Assembly (NCBI RefSeq): GCF_006345805.1
Contig: NW_021833918.1
Span: forward strand, 1 to 53,106
Direction: 5' to 3'
Length of the DNA: 53,106 bases
From: Octopus sinensis
Taxonomy: Eukaryota
The translations under genes were made by a program, and so were the position numbers. Shown here in pieces: positions 48,440-53,106 of the stretch; position 1 is the stretch's first letter; each line of letters begins with the position of its first letter. The notes beneath the pieces were generated by a model, which saw only the letters and a list, made by a program, of their open reading frames with translations, was not told where the DNA came from and did not search any database.

Positions 48440-50600
48440 CGCAGGAGTGGCTGTGTGGTTAGTAGCTTGCTTACCAACCACATGGTTCCGGGTTCAGTCC
48501 CACTGCGTGACACCTTGGGCAAGTGTCTTCTACTATAGCCTCGGGCCGACCAAAGCATTGTGAGTGAATTTGGTAGACGGAAACTGAAAGAAGCCCGTCG
48601 TATATATGTATATATATATGCGTGTATATGTTTGTGTCTGTCTTTGTCCTCCCAACATCGCTTGACAACCAATGCTGGTTTGTTTATGTCCCCGTAACTT
48701 AGCGGTTCGGCAAAAGAGACCGATAGAATAAGTACTAGGCTTACAAAGAATAAGTCCTGGGGTCGATTTGCTCGACTAAATGCGGTGCTCCAGCATGGCT
48801 ACAGTCAGTTGACTGAAACAGCTAAAAGAATAAAAGAAATAATCTACATATACGCACACACGCATATATATATATAATATGCATATGTATATTATATATG
48901 TATATAATATACATGTATATATTATATTTATGTATACAAATATTTATTTATATATGTTTATATATTATTTATATATTTATGTATATAAATATATATTTAT
49001 ATTTATATGTTTATATATATTTATATATCTATATATATTTATGTTTATATATATTTATATATATATGCATGTATATATTACACATATACTGTAACGCATG
49101 CATGTCTATATATTAGTGGTATATTGTAGCTTGTGGTTAGAACAAAAAATACAATTACGATGTTTGAGGGACTCTGTATATATATGGAGAATGAGGAGAG
49201 AGAGAGAGAGAAGAAGAGAGAGATAGTGAGCAATATGTGCTTTTGGAAAATCTTGGTTAGTAGGCATAGGAGTGGCTGTGTGGTAAGTAGCTTGCTTACC
49301 AACCACATGGTTCTGGGTTCTCTCCCACTGTGTGGCACCTTGGGCAAGTGTCTTCTACCATAGCCTCGGGCTGACCAAAGCCTTGTGAGTGGATTTTGGT
49401 AGACGGAAACTGAAAGAAGCCCGTCATATATATGTATATATATATGTTTGTGTGTCTGTGTTTGTCCCCTCAACATCGCTTGACAACCGATGCTGGTGTG
49501 TTTACGTCCCGGTAACTTAGCAGTTCGGCAAAAGAGACTGACAGAATAAGTACTAGACTTACAAAGAATAAGTCCTGGGGTCAATTTGCTCGACTAAAAG
49601 CAGTGCTCCAGCATGGCCACAGTCAAATGACTGAAACAAATTAAAAGAGTAAAGAGTAAAAGAGTAGTTTATTATTCAAAAATGCTTTGTCTGCAGCAAT
49701 GAAATCTATGCAAGATGGCCACATACCACTGGCTGGTTAAGTCCTGCTGTAGCAATGGTATGGACTTAATGAGTTGGTTATCTCACACAAACTGCTGTTT
49801 TGAAGTTTAAGCTTGAAATCCTTACCTTTCTCTCTGTCCCTTTTTGTGATGTTAATCCCCGCTGCCCTCCCTTCCTTCCTTGCGGCTTCGTTAAGCCACT
49901 TAAACATGCGTGTCAACGACCGGACTTTTATCAGGTGTGTCGTTATCAGAAATTGAAATTCCAAAGGTGAAATATAATTGAAAACAAAAACACAAAAAAA
50001 TAAAATAAGAAGCGAAAATAATTGTGATAAATAGCAATGGTAATCTTTATTGTCGTTGGATTATGGTCATGCTGGAGCACTGTCCTGAAAGATTTTTAGT
50101 TCAGTGACAGAATCTCCCAAATCCATTATCTGGTAGTATTATGTCTGTGTTAATTGGGATTCTTCATTCGTTAGTGTTGAGAGGGATTAGCTGGGCTGAG
50201 AAGACCTCCTGAGTTTGAAATACCAAAGGGGTAATAATGAGATGTGTGTGGGTGGGTGCAGGAGTGGCTGTGTGGTAAGTAGCTTACTAAGCAACCACAT
50301 GGTTCCAGGTTCAGTCTGCTATAGCCAACAGGCCTACCAAAGCCTTGTGAGTGGATTTGGTAGACGGAAACTGAAAGAAGCCCATCGTATATGTATATAT
50401 GTGTGTGTGTGTATGTTTGTGTGTCTGTGTTTGTCCCCCTAGCATTGCTTGACAACCGATGCTGGTGTGTTTATGTCCCCGTCACTTAGCGGTTTGGCAA
50501 AAGAGACCGATAAAAGAATAAGTCCCAGGGTCGATTTGCTTGACTAAAGGCAGTGCTCCAGCATGGCCGCAGTCAAATGACTGAAACAAGTAAAAGAGTA
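48440..50600 (+). mobile_element. Three co-oriented SINE family B copies (48440-48838, 49262-49665, 50258-50600)
   Basis: Direct sequence match to 9603-9990. Confidence 0.85.
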
Positions 50601-51959
50601 ATATATATATATATATGTGTGTGTGTGTTATTTATCATTCAAAAACATTCATTTTTTGCTTAAAACAAAATAACAAAAAAATAAATATAATTTACAAAAT
50701 ATCTATAAAAAAAATGAAATTGTCAAAGGAAAGTTCTGCTCCTCTTCTGCCTCCTGGCTCCTCCCCGCCTCTGCTGGTGCCACACTATTTTGCATGTCAT
50801 GTGTATATCCATCATGTTTGTATATGATTGACTTATTATTCGCAGAGCGACGCCTCGAATGAAGGAAAGACGATGAAAATAGATGAAGAAAAAAAAGAAG
50901 GAATTAAATAAACAATGATAAAAATAAAATGAAATAAATATAAATTAATTACAAAATGGAAAAAAAAGAATAATTTCATTTTCTTGTTTTAATTGAACAA
51001 AACTTTTTGTTTCTTTCCTATTTGAATTTTTTGATTTTAATTAAAAATTGACAAAGAAAACATTTGAGAGAGAAAACGAATAAAGGGAATTTTTGTGAAA
51101 TAAAATTAAAAGAAAGGGAAACCCCAAAAGACTAATCAACCCCCTTCATGTGATTACAACTTGCCATATATACTAATCAAATTTCGGTTTTATTGTTTGA
51201 AATTCTTCTTCTTCTTCTTCTTCCACATCACCCTTTTCTTCCCCTCTTCCTCTCCTCTTCTTCCCTCCTCTCTTCTCTCCTCCTCCTCTTATTCGCCCAT
51301 CACCCTTTTCTCCCCCTCTTCTTCTTCTTCTTCTCCCTCTTTTTCTTCTTCTTCTTCTTCTTCTTCTCCTTTCTCTTCTTCTTCTCCTTTCTCTTCTTCT
51401 TCTTCTCCTTTCTCTTCTTCTTCTTCTCCTTTCTCTTCTTCTTCTTCTTCTTCTTCTTCTTCTCCTCCTCCTCCTCCTCCTCCTCCTTCCTCCTCCTCCT
51501 CCTCCTCCTCCTCCTCCTCCTCCTCCTCCTCCTCCTCCTCCTCCTCCACCACCACCACTACTACTACTATGAAGGCAGTGAACTGGTAGAGCTGTTAGCA
51601 CTCCTGGTAAAATGCTTAGCAGGCATTTCTTCCAGCTTAACGTTCTGGGTTCAAATTCCGCCAAGGTCCACTTTGGCTTCCGTCCTTTCAGGGCCGATAA
51701 AATAAGTACCAGTTGAATACTGGGGTCAATGTAATCAACTTATCCCCTCCCCTGAAATTGCTGTTCTTGTGCCAAAATTCATAACCATTGCTATTGTTAT
51801 TATTATGACCAATTGAAAACCGGGGTTGATATAATCAACTAGACCCTTCCTGCAGGATTTCGGCCCTTTTGCCTGTAGCAGAAAGGATTATTATTATTAT
51901 TATTATTGCAGTTGCAATAATAATAATTGTTATTTGCAATAATAATAATAATAATGATA

Positions 51960-52255
51960 ATCGGTTGCAAGTTCGAATCCTGGACCGGGCTGCAGTGTTG
52001 TGTCCTTGAGCAAGATACTTTATTTCATGTTGCTCCATTTCACTCAGCTGTAGAAATGAGTTGCGAGGTCACTAGTGCCAAGTTGTATCGGCCCCTTTGC
52101 TGTTCCCTTGGATAACACTGGTGGTGTGGAGAGGGAAGGCCGGTATGCATGGGCGACTGCTGGTCTTCCATAAACAACCTTACCCGGACTTGTGCCTCAG
52201 AGGGTAACTTTCTAGGGGTAATTGGATGGTCATTTATGACTGAAGGGGATCTCTT
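51960..52255 (+). mobile_element. tRNA-derived SINE (family F), 5' truncated
   Basis: B box gttcgaatcc followed by gtgtccttgagcaagatactt...cactcagctgtagaaatgag, a conserved SINE core-type segment. Confidence 0.55.
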
Positions 52256-52624
52256 CATTATTATGAAAGGCAGCAAGCTGGCTTTGCCCTTCACCCTTTT
52301 GGGGTCGATTAAATAAGTAACAATTGATTCCTTCGGCTGAAGTAATCATGTTACCCTTTTCTCCTAAATTGCTAGCTTCCTTGCAGTCCCTTCTAGAGAG
52401 GTATGACAAGGTTGCAACTAAGTCTGTACTGGCCAAAGTATAACTAAATTTAACCCCAGCAGGACAGGGGTGACTCAGGGTTTTAGCTAAACTATGAGTG
52501 ATGGAAACTGCTTGGGGTCCAAGTAGCTTGTTAATATAATTACGTGACGCAATGGCTAGAAGAATATTGAGCTTTATTTGGTAACTAGTTGATCTAGTTC
52601 TGCTTTGGTTCTGCTTTCTGGTAT

Positions 52625-52990
52625 CTGATTTGATTTGATTTGATTTTGATTTTCACTTGTCTCAACGGGTCTTCACAAGTGGAATTTTGTGTCCCAAGAA
52701 GGAAAGGTATGTATAAGTCGACTGGCTACATACCAGGTAGAGGCCACAGGTTATGGTCTCACTAGTCCTGCCGGGTCTTCTCACGCACAGCATACTTCCA
52801 TAGGTCTTGGTCTCTAGTCTGGTGCGCAATGATGTCATCGAAAGGTAGGCCCCGAAATAGCATGCATTCTCTCCTGATGACCCCATACACTTGCTGGCTT
52901 CTGGAATGCTGAGCTCTCGACAGGTAGTATATACATGCGAAAGGTGTTTGCATAAAGGGACATAACTTTAATTCTAGTGGATTTATCTCC
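52625..52990 (-). mobile_element. Probable REL-type LINE 3' remnant with (AAATC)n tail
   Basis: LPFDDIIAH...YAVREK resembles the REL domain; (tttga)n at 52625-52652. Confidence 0.4.
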
Positions 52991-53106
52991 CTTGTTTTTT
53001 TCCTTTTTGTTTTTTACTCCATCGGCAGAAACTGCCAAGTAACTGTTATAAGTTTGATAAGTGCCACCAGGGCACGAAACTCTCGCCACTTCGAACTTTG
53101 CTGATT

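Overview
Repeat-dense, AT-rich eukaryotic (animal) genomic DNA. The tRNA-derived SINE families and microsatellite load resemble octopus/coleoid cephalopod DNA; this is an inference, not a database match. Almost all ORFs in the supplied track are microsatellite or SINE artefacts. The one host gene I can reconstruct is a + strand ceramide synthase (CerS/LASS/schlank-type, with a Hox-like domain and a TLC/Lag1p domain). It has nine GT-AG exons from 4466 to 34993 that join in one frame (306 aa plus stop); the first coding exon was not found. The rest is SINEs, LINE remnants (CR1, RTE, REL-type, Penelope-like), Tc1/mariner, pogo, piggyBac-like and Helentron-like non-autonomous elements, tandem repeats and a decayed tRNA-Asp. 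The most striking unexplained structure is a spacer-less palindrome of about 2 x 186 bp in a CerS intron (27679-28056) that carries a core-intact minimal type I hammerhead ribozyme on each strand. Six further hammerhead-like motifs occur in other repeat families, including one in the tail of a tRNA-headed SINE.
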